A DNA stretch of 64,000 bases, from IMG/VR virus record IMGVR_UViG_2896262711_000007, positions 15,784 to 79,783 of that record, one strand, 5' to 3'. This document shows, in pieces, positions 38,160 through 47,010 of the stretch (positions within the stretch are counted from its first letter, which is position 1; each line of letters starts with the position of its first letter). Below the pieces are notes generated by a model, which saw only the letters and a list, made by a program, of their open reading frames with translations, had not been told where the DNA came from and searched no databases. The DNA is from a virus. Lineage: Duplodnaviria > Caudoviricetes. Both the position numbers and the translations under genes were made by a program.

Positions 38160-39227
38160 TTGGATCGCCTGCGTGACGGATGTGGGGAGGGGGCATTGTC
38201 GTCGTTGTTGCGTAACCAGCCTGCTGAGCTTGCTCCAGTCATCCTCCTGGAAATCATCAAGGCGCAGACGGAGATCGTCAGGCTGGGACCAGACCTCGGT
38301 GGCGTCATCACCTGCGTGGCGACACAGGTTCAGCACCTGACCAAGGCTAGCGGCGCGATCGTCGAGTTGGCGGAAGGTGATGATATGGTCTATCGCGCAG
38401 CATCCGGCATGGCTGGAGCACAGCTTGGCTTACGCCTGCAACGCAAGGGAAGCTTGTCCGGCTTGTGTGTCGCCAGCAACCGGATCCTGCGCTGCGACGA
38501 CTCCGAAACCGACCCCCGTGTCGATCGCGAGGCCTGCCGCAAGGTCGGACTTCGATCCATGGTGGTTGCGCCCCTTCGGCATAACGATGTTGTGGTTGGC
38601 GTCCTCAAGATTGCCTCCGTCGACCCGAACGGGTTCTCAGAATCCGATGTTCGAGTGTTGGAGTTGATGTCGGACATGGTCGGCAGCGCTATGTATCAAG
38701 CGGTCAGGTACGAAACGGATGAGCTTTATCACCGTGCGACCCATGATCCTCTGACGGGACTGGCCAACAGGGCGCTGTTCTGCGACCGTCTGCGCCAGTG
38801 TGTGGTGGCACCGGAGCGCCGGTCGAGCCAGACGGGACCCGGCGTTATCATCTTGGACATGGATGGCCTGAAGCTGATCAACGATACTCATGGTCACCGA
38901 GCTGGCGACGCCGCTATCTGTGAAGCGGCAGACCGAATTTCCAGGGTTGTGCGTCCAACCGACACGGTCGCTCGATTGGGAGGGGACGAGTTTGGGATTG
39001 TGATGCCTGGAGCTAGTGATCGCCAAAATATGTCGTGCACCGCTGAGAGAATCATTGGAGAGGTGAGTTTGCCCTTCTGCTTTGAAGCTGCTGCGTTGAG
39101 GCTGAGCGTCAGTGCCGGAACAGCGATATTTCCGGAAGATGGCACTGAGATCGACGTGCTGATAGAAGCTGCCGATCAAGCCATGTACAAAGTCAAAAAA
39201 GGTCGCGTGAAGACTCGGCACTATTGA
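38160..39227 (+). CDS. GAF-sensor diguanylate cyclase
   Basis: GAF domain, then HDPLTGLANR, K.INDTHGH.AGD, RPTD I-site, RLGGDEF, ADQAMY. Confidence 0.92.
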   Translation: MDRLRDGCGEGALSSLLRNQPAELAPVILLEIIKAQTEIVRLGPDLGGVITCVATQVQHLTKASGAIVELAEGDDMVYRAASGMAGAQLGLRLQRKGSLSGLCVASNRILRCDDSETDPRVDREACRKVGLRSMVVAPLRHNDVVVGVLKIASVDPNGFSESDVRVLELMSDMVGSAMYQAVRYETDELYHRATHDPLTGLANRALFCDRLRQCVVAPERRSSQTGPGVIILDMDGLKLINDTHGHRAGDAAICEAADRISRVVRPTDTVARLGGDEFGIVMPGASDRQNMSCTAERIIGEVSLPFCFEAAALRLSVSAGTAIFPEDGTEIDVLIEAADQAMYKVKKGRVKTRHY

Positions 39228-40042
39228 TTGATGCCGTCACTGCAGTAGGCGTTTCGTCAATGACAGCAGCCAAGTGCAGAACCGTTTTCCTCCATCCCTG
39301 GGGAGACGCTAGTGGGCGGATCGAGATGCTCGTACAGCACCCGCATGACGCCAATGGTGAGCCGCGACCGGTTGTACTGCTGCGGCACGGACATCAGGAG
39401 CCGCCAAGGCAACCCGGCGCACGCTGGACGATCAGCCGAGGACATTTTCAGTCCGTTCTCGCCATGGGATATGTGTCAGCGGCAGTGTCCATGCCCGGTT
39501 ACGGGTTGTCGGACGGCCCTCCGGATTTCTGTGGTCCTCGCACCCAGGAAGCGGTGCGCATCGGGTTGGAGCATCTGAGAAACATGCCGGGTATCGATCC
39601 GAATCGGATGGTACTCTGCGGCTGGAGCCGGGGTGCGGTAGTGGCCGCCATGGTCGCCACGCAGGAGCCGAGCCTTCGTGCGCTGATCTTGAGCTCTGGC
39701 AACTACGACCTGCGCGACCGGCGATCATTCGCCATCGAGGGCATCGAAGAAGCCTATCTCCATGAGACTGTCGGCGAGGACTACGACACTGGAATCCGAG
39801 CGCGGTCTGCGGCGATGCATGCTGAGGATATCCGGGCTTCGACATTGATCCTGCACGGCGATCTGGATGATCGCACCCACCCGGTACAGGCAGGTGCATT
39901 TTTCAACCAACTGGTCTCTCTTGGCCGGCCAGCCAGGATGGTCATGTTCCCCGGTGTAGGGCACAACCTTCCGCCCTGGCAGGAAGGGGAAGCGATTTTG
40001 GACCATTTGCGCAAAACACTGGGTGGATCGACCATCAGGTGA
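39224..40042 (+). CDS. Alpha/beta hydrolase (S9 peptidase-like)
   Basis: HG, GYG.SDG, GWSRG nucleophile, LILHG..DDR, GVGH; start uncertain. Confidence 0.85.
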   Translation: MIDAVTAVGVSSMTAAKCRTVFLHPWGDASGRIEMLVQHPHDANGEPRPVVLLRHGHQEPPRQPGARWTISRGHFQSVLAMGYVSAAVSMPGYGLSDGPPDFCGPRTQEAVRIGLEHLRNMPGIDPNRMVLCGWSRGAVVAAMVATQEPSLRALILSSGNYDLRDRRSFAIEGIEEAYLHETVGEDYDTGIRARSAAMHAEDIRASTLILHGDLDDRTHPVQAGAFFNQLVSLGRPARMVMFPGVGHNLPPWQEGEAILDHLRKTLGGSTIR

Positions 40043-40064
40043 TGGGGTTGCGATTGCGCTTCCA

Positions 40065-40084
40065 TATAGGGGAATTCCCCTATA
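40065..40084. repeat. Perfect 20 bp palindrome TATAGGGGAATTCCCCTATA
   Basis: Read directly; lies between convergent genes. Confidence 0.9.
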
Positions 40085-40304
40085 CAAAAACAACCGCCAC
40101 TGCGGAAGGCCTACATCCACCTGAGGGCTGCAACTGGATCAAGCGCTCCCCCAGGAGTGCTCCAGGCAGGGATAAATGCGCCTGCTGAGGGCGGTCGGGG
40201 GAATGAGCCGGCTGGGGCGCGAGCGCATAAGGGTGGTATCGCTCACCGGCGATGGGGTGCTCCGGACACCCCGCCGGCGTGCTCAGCATCTGACCTGTGA
40301 TCGG

Positions 40305-40844
40305 TCAATTTCCCCGCCCTTCGTACAGCGCGGAGTGGTCGGCATGCGCATGCCAGTTGTCCGCATACTGGCCAGCGAGCTTGCTGTCCTGAAGGACAAT
40401 CAGGTTCTCGGCATTCTTCTCCTGAGCGGCCTTCGTGAAGTTGAAGCTCCCGGTCAGCACCGTCGCGCCGTCGATCACCATGACCTTGTTGTGGGCGATG
40501 GCGTGGCTGCGGTCGATCAGAACCGGGACGCCGCCATTCCTCAGAAAGTCGGCACCGCTGTATTTCCCGGTGACGTTGCTCTTGTCCAGCACCGCCTGCA
40601 CGTCTACGCCGCGCTTCTTCGCGTCAACCAGAGCCTTCGCGATAGGGGCGCTGGTGAACGAATAGGCCTGCACCAGGATCTGCCGCTTAGCCTTGCCGAT
40701 CTCCGAGACAATCTGGCCCTGGCAGTCTCCGCCGGGGGTAAAGCACACCACCGGGATCTCTGCATGCCCGGCCGCCGGCGTCCCGAGCAGCAGACACAGC
40801 AGACCAATGGAACGGAGCGCGGTTGGCATCGATAATGGGGTCAT
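40305..40844 (-). CDS. Phospholipase D family endonuclease (Nuc-like), exported
   Basis: Signal peptide; AYSFT, HNKVMVID (HKD), TGSFNFT.AA...NAEN. Confidence 0.9.
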   Translation of the reverse strand: MTPLSMPTALRSIGLLCLLLGTPAAGHAEIPVVCFTPGGDCQGQIVSEIGKAKRQILVQAYSFTSAPIAKALVDAKKRGVDVQAVLDKSNVTGKYSGADFLRNGGVPVLIDRSHAIAHNKVMVIDGATVLTGSFNFTKAAQEKNAENLIVLQDSKLAGQYADNWHAHADHSALYEGRGN

Positions 40845-41002
40845 GGCTTGATCCTGAAGGCGAGACGCATGGCTGGATCTTGTCCGTGGACATGCCGGCC
40901 GTCAATCGGCAGTCATTTCCCAAGCCAGCCCCAGATCCCCATGGTAGCGGTTCCAACCGGCCATTTGCTGCATGAGCGATATGCGACAGCGCATGAAAAT
41001 GG

Positions 41003-42310
41003 TCAGGCCCTGACGATCGGCACATCATCGAACTGAGTGGTGTATCGCGGCGACCGGGCTTCTTGCTTGAGCCGCCATCCGGCGCCGGCTGAGAGTCCCG
41101 TCGCAGCCGGCTTCAACGTTTCCCTGCCCATCCGCGCGTTGACTGCGTCCAGTGCCGCCATGAGCCGGGCACCGCGGGCTCGGTCGGTCGCCTGGAGCAG
41201 GTCCGGCTGCACTCGTTCCACCGGCACTAAGCCGGAGAGGATGACTCCAGCCTTCGAAAAGGCGAATCCATCACACCAGATGCGTCGTGCGCCGACGACC
41301 GCCGCCGTGATCAGCGCGAAGGTGTCGTTGGTCGCCGGCTGTAGCTCGACGACTGCGGCGTTCGAATAGGCTGGCCCGGCCCGGAAGGGGGCCCGGAAGG
41401 GGCTTGTGTGCATGAACACCTGGATGCTCTCCGCGGCGAGACCACAGGCGCCCTGCCCTCTCAGCTTCTCGGCCGCCCGGGTGGCATAGGCTGCGACCGC
41501 CTGGCGCATCGCCTCCCACTCTGTCACCGGCTCGCCAAATGAGCGTGTCACCGCGGTGCCCTTCAGCGGTGCCGGCGCAAGGTCGAGCGGCATGCAGGCG
41601 ATGCCGCGCAGCTCGTAGACGAGCCTCTCGCCGGTAACCGTCAGCAGCTGACGGGCCAGCCGCGGATCGAGGTCGCGTAGGTCGGCGGCAGTCTTGACAC
41701 CGAGCATGCTGAGCTTCTCCGCCGACCGCCGGCCGATCCCCCATACCTCCTCCACCGGCACCGTATGGAGCACATGCTCGCGCGCCTCGTGGTTGGACAG
41801 GTCACAGACCCCGCTGTCGTTCAGCAGAGCCTTCTTCGCGCCGAAGTTGGCCAGCTTCGCAAGCGTCTTGCTGCTGGCAATGCCGACACATGTCGGGATG
41901 CCGGTCCATCGGCGGACCGTGGTTCGGATCTCCCCGCCATATGCCACGAGGTCACGGCCGTCGAAACCGTTGAGATCGAGAAAGGACTCGTCGATGCTGT
42001 AGTTCTCAAGCGCCGGTGTGAAGCCACGCAGGCAGTCGGTCACGCGGGCGCTGAGATCCCCGTAGAGGGCATAGTTGCTGGACAGGACCCGGACATTGTG
42101 GCGGCGGACGAGGTCGCGCACCTCGAATAGCGGCTGGCCCATCGTCACGCCCAACGCCTTCAGTTCGGCGGACCGGGCTACAAAGCAGCCGTCGTTGTTC
42201 GAAAGCACGCCAACCGGCACGCCCTCTAGGTCCGGCCTGAACACGCGTTCGCAGCTAACGTAGAAATTGTTGCAGTCCACCAGAGCGATTGCACGCGACC
42301 GTGCGGTCAT
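41003..42310 (-). CDS. umuC: Y-family DNA polymerase V subunit UmuC
   Basis: [31 protein letters not shown]-terminal W......SP.YTT. Confidence 0.95.
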   Translation of the reverse strand: MTARSRAIALVDCNNFYVSCERVFRPDLEGVPVGVLSNNDGCFVARSAELKALGVTMGQPLFEVRDLVRRHNVRVLSSNYALYGDLSARVTDCLRGFTPALENYSIDESFLDLNGFDGRDLVAYGGEIRTTVRRWTGIPTCVGIASSKTLAKLANFGAKKALLNDSGVCDLSNHEAREHVLHTVPVEEVWGIGRRSAEKLSMLGVKTAADLRDLDPRLARQLLTVTGERLVYELRGIACMPLDLAPAPLKGTAVTRSFGEPVTEWEAMRQAVAAYATRAAEKLRGQGACGLAAESIQVFMHTSPFRAPFRAGPAYSNAAVVELQPATNDTFALITAAVVGARRIWCDGFAFSKAGVILSGLVPVERVQPDLLQATDRARGARLMAALDAVNARMGRETLKPAATGLSAGAGWRLKQEARSPRYTTQFDDVPIVRA

Positions 42311-42756
42311 TTCCGGTGCATCCGGATCGTCGAATAGATCACACCCCAGACCTCAAAGCCGAGGCGATCCGTAACGTCCACAGGCCGATAAGCCGGATCG
42401 TCGGTGTCCGGGGCCAAGTAAGTCCGGCCGCGGCGGACAAGCAGGCGCTTGCAGACCAGCTCACCATCCAGCACCGCGACCACGACGTCATCATGGCGCG
42501 CCGTCAAGCTGCGGTCGACCAGCGCAATGTCTCCGTCATGGATGCCGGCGCGGGTCATGCTGTGCCCGCTGATGCGCAGGGTGAAGGTCGCCGAAGGATG
42601 CGGTACCAAGACCTCCGCAAGGTCGATCCGCCCCTCCGCGTAATCGGCGGCCGGCGACGGGAAGCCTGCTGACACCTTGGCCTCAATCATCAGCACCTCA
42701 CACGGGCTGATGATCACTGGCTCCAGCCCCTGTTCAATCCTGCTCGCGATCCGCAT
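42307..42756 (-). CDS. umuD: UmuD (S24 peptidase)
   Basis: [11 protein letters not shown] cleavage motif, GHSM Ser, VCKRL Lys, VWGV. Confidence 0.92.
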   Translation of the reverse strand: MRIASRIEQGLEPVIISPCEVLMIEAKVSAGFPSPAADYAEGRIDLAEVLVPHPSATFTLRISGHSMTRAGIHDGDIALVDRSLTARHDDVVVAVLDGELVCKRLLVRRGRTYLAPDTDDPAYRPVDVTDRLGFEVWGVIYSTIRMHRK

Positions 42757-42817
42757 TGCGCCCTCCCCCTGCTGCAGCGCCCACCTCGGGCATCAGAGCA
42801 ACAATGTGCGGCGATGA

Positions 42818-42832
42818 GAACTTTTCAAGAAC
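42818..42832. promoter_or_regulatory. Alphaproteobacterial LexA (SOS) box
   Basis: GAAC-TTTTCAA-GAAC (GAAC-N7-GAAC), ~60 bp upstream of umuD. Confidence 0.85.
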
Positions 42833-42870
42833 ATTGATGGCTTGACACACAGGTGGGAACCGGGGGGGGT

Positions 42871-43253
42871 GTGGACTTTGGGGGCGCCCGGAGCTTCGTG
42901 TGGACTCTTGGGGCGCGCAAGTTCACCTGAGCGGATATCGAATGATCTGCCTCGGTTGAGGGTGTGTGGACTCTGGGGGCCCAAGCCTCGCTTCAGATCA
43001 ACACCGCAACGGTCCAGCAGATGTTTGGACTCTAGGGGCGGATCCCGATTCGGTTTGGCGCAGCCCGATTCGTGCCAAGAACAACGAGCGCAGATGAGTT
43101 GAACACAAGTCATCCGTGGACTATAGGGGCAATCCCATGGACTCTGGGGGCGAGCGAATCGACGCGAATCGGGAAATCCCGTGGACTTTAGGGGCGAATC
43201 AAATAGTAAGATAACTACTAGCTGTTCAAATAGCTTGCGCCCCCAGAGTCCAA
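42871..43253. repeat. Iteron array / putative oriV
   Basis: Seven direct ~17 bp repeats TGGACT-N3-GGGGC at 42871, 42900, 42966, 43025, 43116, 43137, 43181; AT-rich tract 43198-43232; one inverted copy 43237-43253. Confidence 0.85.
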
Positions 43254-43305
43254 CTTGAAGAAGTTGGTGTCGGCCGTCATCCTGTCGCCGGATCAGGAGT
43301 AGGCC

Positions 43306-44238
43306 ATGGCTGAAATTCACCAGCTCATCATCAAGCACGGCCGTGATGAAGCCAAGCGGCTTGTCTCGGTCGAAGACCGTCAATATGTCGACATTGCCGC
43401 TCGGATGCTGGCTGAAGAGAATCCAGCCCTTGGCATCACCTACTCCGGGTTCTGCCTTACGGCTTTACCACATAAGCGCCTCGAAGATGACGCCGTCTGG
43501 CGTCGGCAGGGACATAAGGTCCGGCTGATCATCGAGCCTGGTCGTCTGCCCCTTCCCGGTGGTGAAGACAAGCTCTTCGGCGTCCCATTCGGCAGCCGTG
43601 CCCGCCTGATGCTGCTCTATCTCCAGACTCGCGCTATCCAGACCAGCTGCCCGGAAGTCGAACTCGGCCGGAGCATGCGTGAATGGATGAGCCGTATGGG
43701 CGTGCCCATCGGCGGAAAAAGCTATCGGGATATCAAAGAACAGGCAAATCGAATTTCCGCCTGCAATTTGACCTTCGTGTGGGATGACGATGGCCGCAAG
43801 GCCAAGTTCGCAAAGGACTCAATCGTCAAGGGCGGCATCCAGCTTTACGAAGCTGACGATGACAACCAACCTCGTCTATGGGTCGACACCGTCAGGCTTG
43901 GCGATAATTTCTACAAAGCGCTGACGGACCACCCGGTGCCGATTGCAGAACCCGCGCTGAGGCATATTTCCAACCAGAGCATGGCGATCGACATCTATAT
44001 CTGGCTTGCCTACCGCTTGCACTCCTTGGACAAGCCAGCCCCGGTCACCTGGGCAGCGCTGCACGGCCAGTTCGGCGCCGGTTATGACCGCATCCGAAAG
44101 TTCAAGGAGAGGTTCATCGAGCCGCTGAAGGCTGCCCTGGCAGTGTATCCGGAAGCGGACGTCGAGATCACGGACGAAGCCGTGATCCTGAAGCCATCCG
44201 CGCCTCCGATCCCAGAGAAGCAGTTCCTCATCAGGTAG
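43306..44238 (+). CDS. repA: Plasmid replication initiator (RepA_C / IncW-like family)
   Basis: FC...LP, GVPFGSRARL.L.YL...A, ELG.S...M..MG, D.Y.WLAYRL, W.AL..QFG.GY, VYP.A; flanked by iterons. Confidence 0.88.
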   Translation: MAEIHQLIIKHGRDEAKRLVSVEDRQYVDIAARMLAEENPALGITYSGFCLTALPHKRLEDDAVWRRQGHKVRLIIEPGRLPLPGGEDKLFGVPFGSRARLMLLYLQTRAIQTSCPEVELGRSMREWMSRMGVPIGGKSYRDIKEQANRISACNLTFVWDDDGRKAKFAKDSIVKGGIQLYEADDDNQPRLWVDTVRLGDNFYKALTDHPVPIAEPALRHISNQSMAIDIYIWLAYRLHSLDKPAPVTWAALHGQFGAGYDRIRKFKERFIEPLKAALAVYPEADVEITDEAVILKPSAPPIPEKQFLIR

Positions 44239-44249
44239 CATTCCAAGCT

Positions 44250-44281
44250 GTGGACTTTAGGGGCGCGCCCCCAGAGTCCAC
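44250..44281. repeat. Head-to-head iteron pair downstream of repA
   Basis: gtggactttaggggcg|cgcccccagagtccac. Confidence 0.85.
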
Positions 44282-44409
44282 TCCCGCCCTGGATGGGAAG
44301 CTGCTCCAGGGTCGAAATGTCCCGCCCCTATTGGCGTTGACACCGTCGGCATCGGTGCCGCACCTTCCCCCAACTGCGGGCGCTTCAATCGTCCGGTGTT
44401 GGGGGAACC

Positions 44410-45045
44410 ATGAAGATCCTGTTGATCCTGAACGGCAAGGGCGGCGTCGGGAAGACCACGACAGCCCGGAACATGGCTGCGGCCGCCGCGGCGGCTGGCC
44501 TGAAAGTCGCCACGTTCGACACAGACCCTCAAGGTACGCTCACGAAGTGGTGGCAGAAGCGCCCGGAAGGGGCGCCGACAATCGACCACTACCAGGAATC
44601 GTTGGCTGACCTGGAGGGGCCGGTCGAGGCGCTGGAGGGTATCGACCTGCTGGTGATCGACACCCCGACGGCTATCGAAATGGCCGGCATCCGGCCGAAC
44701 GCCGAGAAGCTGATCGATCAGGCCGATCTGATCCTCACGCCCCTGCAGGCGACTCCCGAAGATCTGGAGTCCGTCCGCGGCACCCTCATGCTCATTCGCT
44801 CGCGCGGGAAGGCAACCACCTTCGTCCTGAACAAGGTGAAGCCGCGGGTGAAGGAAGTGACCGACGCTCGGCGCGGGTTGGCCGGCGGTGGTGAAGTGGC
44901 ACCCGTCGACCTTCCTGATCTGGCGGAGGTCTATCGCAGCTTCTCGGCCGGGCTCGGGGTCGTTGAGGTTGCCGGCGCCAAGTCGGTCGAGGATTTTGTC
45001 GCTCTCTGGCAGTACGTGTCCGGCAAGCTCGGGTTCAAGTCATGA
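44410..45045 (+). CDS. parA: ParA family partition ATPase (type Ib, short)
   Basis: KGGVGKTT deviant Walker A, D.DPQG, IDTP. Confidence 0.92.
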   Translation: MKILLILNGKGGVGKTTTARNMAAAAAAAGLKVATFDTDPQGTLTKWWQKRPEGAPTIDHYQESLADLEGPVEALEGIDLLVIDTPTAIEMAGIRPNAEKLIDQADLILTPLQATPEDLESVRGTLMLIRSRGKATTFVLNKVKPRVKEVTDARRGLAGGGEVAPVDLPDLAEVYRSFSAGLGVVEVAGAKSVEDFVALWQYVSGKLGFKS

Positions 45046-45635
45046 AGAAGGCCACCAAGACCGCGGTGTCGGACATCCGATTCGACGACATCCAGGCACC
45101 CTCCCCTATTCCCGCTGGTGCCGTCAAATCTCTAGCCGGCGAGAGTTTTGAGGAGTCCATCAATCGCCTGTTGGAGGAGAGCCGGGAACGGTTCGTGCTT
45201 GTCGGCGAGATCCTGCTCGACTGGAAAGCCAGCGTACCGCATGGCCAATTCGTAAAGCTCATCAACGAGCGGATCGAAGCCGGCGCGCTGCGCAATCTCA
45301 GCTATCAGAGCGCCAATCGGTACATGACGGTCGCCGCCGCGTTGCGCAATGGGTTCGTCGGGCCGGACGATCTCCCGAAGGAGTCGGAGGCCGCTTACCT
45401 GCTCACCTCACTCAAGGAGGATGAGCTGAAGATCGCCAAGAAGGAAGGGCTCGTCCGCTCGACAGTGCGGAAGGCCGAACTGACGGCGTTCCGAAAGCGC
45501 CTGCGGGCGCCCTCCCCCGCCTCGGCGCCCGACCGCCGGGCCGAGTTGCTGCGGGAGATCGAGCGTGCGAAGGACGAGGAGCGCCGGTGGGCCGAACGCC
45601 GGGCCCAGCTGGAAGCGGAGTTGGCTGCTCTGTAG
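45042..45635 (+). CDS. Putative partition partner (DUF3102-like DNA-binding protein)
   Basis: Coupled to parA; GE.L...K...PHG.F...I, A.RYM.VA motifs; C-terminal coiled coil. Confidence 0.55.
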   Translation: MKKATKTAVSDIRFDDIQAPSPIPAGAVKSLAGESFEESINRLLEESRERFVLVGEILLDWKASVPHGQFVKLINERIEAGALRNLSYQSANRYMTVAAALRNGFVGPDDLPKESEAAYLLTSLKEDELKIAKKEGLVRSTVRKAELTAFRKRLRAPSPASAPDRRAELLREIERAKDEERRWAERRAQLEAELAAL

Positions 45636-45723
45636 CGCCAGGGCTTAGTCGGTTGAACGGGTGGCCACGTCAGGCGGGTCTCCGCTCCTTTCCACCCTGC
45701 CCTTCTCCTCAGACTGCTGTGGC

Positions 45724-46587
45724 TCAGCCGCCCCCCGCGGCGTCGCTATTCGCCATCGGCGGGACGCTGGCCAGCCGACGGATCGTATCGAGCGCGTTCT
45801 CCGCTTGCCCGGCGATCCGGATCAAATCCGGCCCTGCCCCGCAGTTCGGACCGATGGCGCCAGATGCGATCATCTGGATTTCCTCCAGCGCCTGCGTCAC
45901 CGCCTGAAGCGCGCCTTCCGCCCGCTCACGGGCGTGGGTTGCATTTTCCAGAGGACCGGCTGGTGACCGCATTTCCAGTTCGGTGAAGCTGTTGCCGAGG
46001 GCGATCTTGCTCAGCCATGCGAGGGCCTTGCCGAATTGAGGGTCACAGTCACCGTTGGCGAAGTGCAGCAGTCGGGCGGCGCGGACGGCTTCCGCGCATA
46101 GCATTTCTGCCTTGGTGGCGCGGGCCTTCCATTCGTCGCGGTCGTGGCAAGCGACATGGAGCGCCGCGGCGTCCTTTTCGAATTGCGACCGTACGGCATC
46201 GGCAGAGGCTATTTCTTCCTGCTCGCCCTCACGCGCATCGTCCCGTTCGGCCGTCAGCCGCTTGATTTCCGCCTCCTGGTCTGCGATCTGCCGGGCCTGT
46301 TCGCGGATCATGGCGGCGGCGCGATCCAGCAATTCAGCATCGGCTCCGCCAAGTGCCTCGCACACTGGGTCAGCGCGGTCTTCAAGTTCGGACGCCAGTT
46401 CCTCTGGCGACAGGTCGGAGCCCCTGTGTGGCTGCTGACCGTTCGGGCGAGCGCAGGCCCCGTCCGCCATTGCTTGGCAACTCCAGCCGGCGCCATCCTG
46501 GAATCGGGCGCAGTCCGGGTGAGTGCAGGCGCGGACGCCGTGGGGATCGCGGTCCATCGGCATGTCAGTGGGTGTGGGGTCCGTCAT
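45724..46587 (-). CDS. Hypothetical phage early protein
   Basis: Cys-rich N-terminus and coiled coil; coupled operon. Confidence 0.55.
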   Translation of the reverse strand: MTDPTPTDMPMDRDPHGVRACTHPDCARFQDGAGWSCQAMADGACARPNGQQPHRGSDLSPEELASELEDRADPVCEALGGADAELLDRAAAMIREQARQIADQEAEIKRLTAERDDAREGEQEEIASADAVRSQFEKDAAALHVACHDRDEWKARATKAEMLCAEAVRAARLLHFANGDCDPQFGKALAWLSKIALGNSFTELEMRSPAGPLENATHARERAEGALQAVTQALEEIQMIASGAIGPNCGAGPDLIRIAGQAENALDTIRRLASVPPMANSDAAGGG

Positions 46588-46775
46588 CGCGCGGGCTTCC
46601 GGTATTCGCAGCGGACTTCGATGGCCTGACCATTCCGAGCAGGCCACATCGCCAGCTTCTTCATCTCCTGGCAAACGGACGGTGTGGTGTCCTCGTCGAT
46701 GACGACTTGCCGCTCAAGCTTGCCCGCGTCGTTCAGCACGACGAGCACAAGCAGAAGGTGGACGGTATGGGCCAT
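46584..46775 (-). CDS. Small hypothetical protein
   Basis: ATGA coupling; GAGG RBS. Confidence 0.5.
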   Translation of the reverse strand: MAHTVHLLLVLVVLNDAGKLERQVVIDEDTTPSVCQEMKKLAMWPARNGQAIEVRCEYRKPAR

Positions 46776-46779
46776 GGCC

Positions 46780-47010
46780 TCATCCCTCCCCGCTCATAAT
46801 CCGCCGCACTCGGAAGATCGGCCGGCCGTACTGGTTCAGCAGTCCGGTGGGCTCTTCCGTCACCCACTCCCGAACTTCCGGCACCGGCGCCGGCCGAAGG
46901 AGCTTCTCCTCGAGCCCGTCTCCCGGACCGGTCAGCAGGCCGTTGGTGTGGGCATCGACCATCGACCGCAGAAGGTCGTGGCGCTGCTGCCTGTTGAATT
47001 CACAGCCCAT
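46780..47010 (-). CDS. Small hypothetical protein
   Basis: Operon packing; TGLLNQYGRPI motif. Confidence 0.5.
   Translation of the reverse strand: MGCEFNRQQRHDLLRSMVDAHTNGLLTGPGDGLEEKLLRPAPVPEVREWVTEEPTGLLNQYGRPIFRVRRIMSGEG

Larger units (their letters stand above)
1..45635. mobile_element. Tailed temperate phage with plasmid-type replicon (phage-plasmid); the early operon continues to 64000 and the element extends past both window edges
   Basis: Head-tail-lysis gene order, plus repA/iterons/parA and a phage early recombination operon; no host housekeeping context and no integrase visible. Confidence 0.8.

Noticed and set aside
42871-43253. Repeat array as a CRISPR
   Set aside because: Repeats are ~17 bp, irregularly spaced, include inverted copies and flank repA; no cas genes. 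These are iterons.
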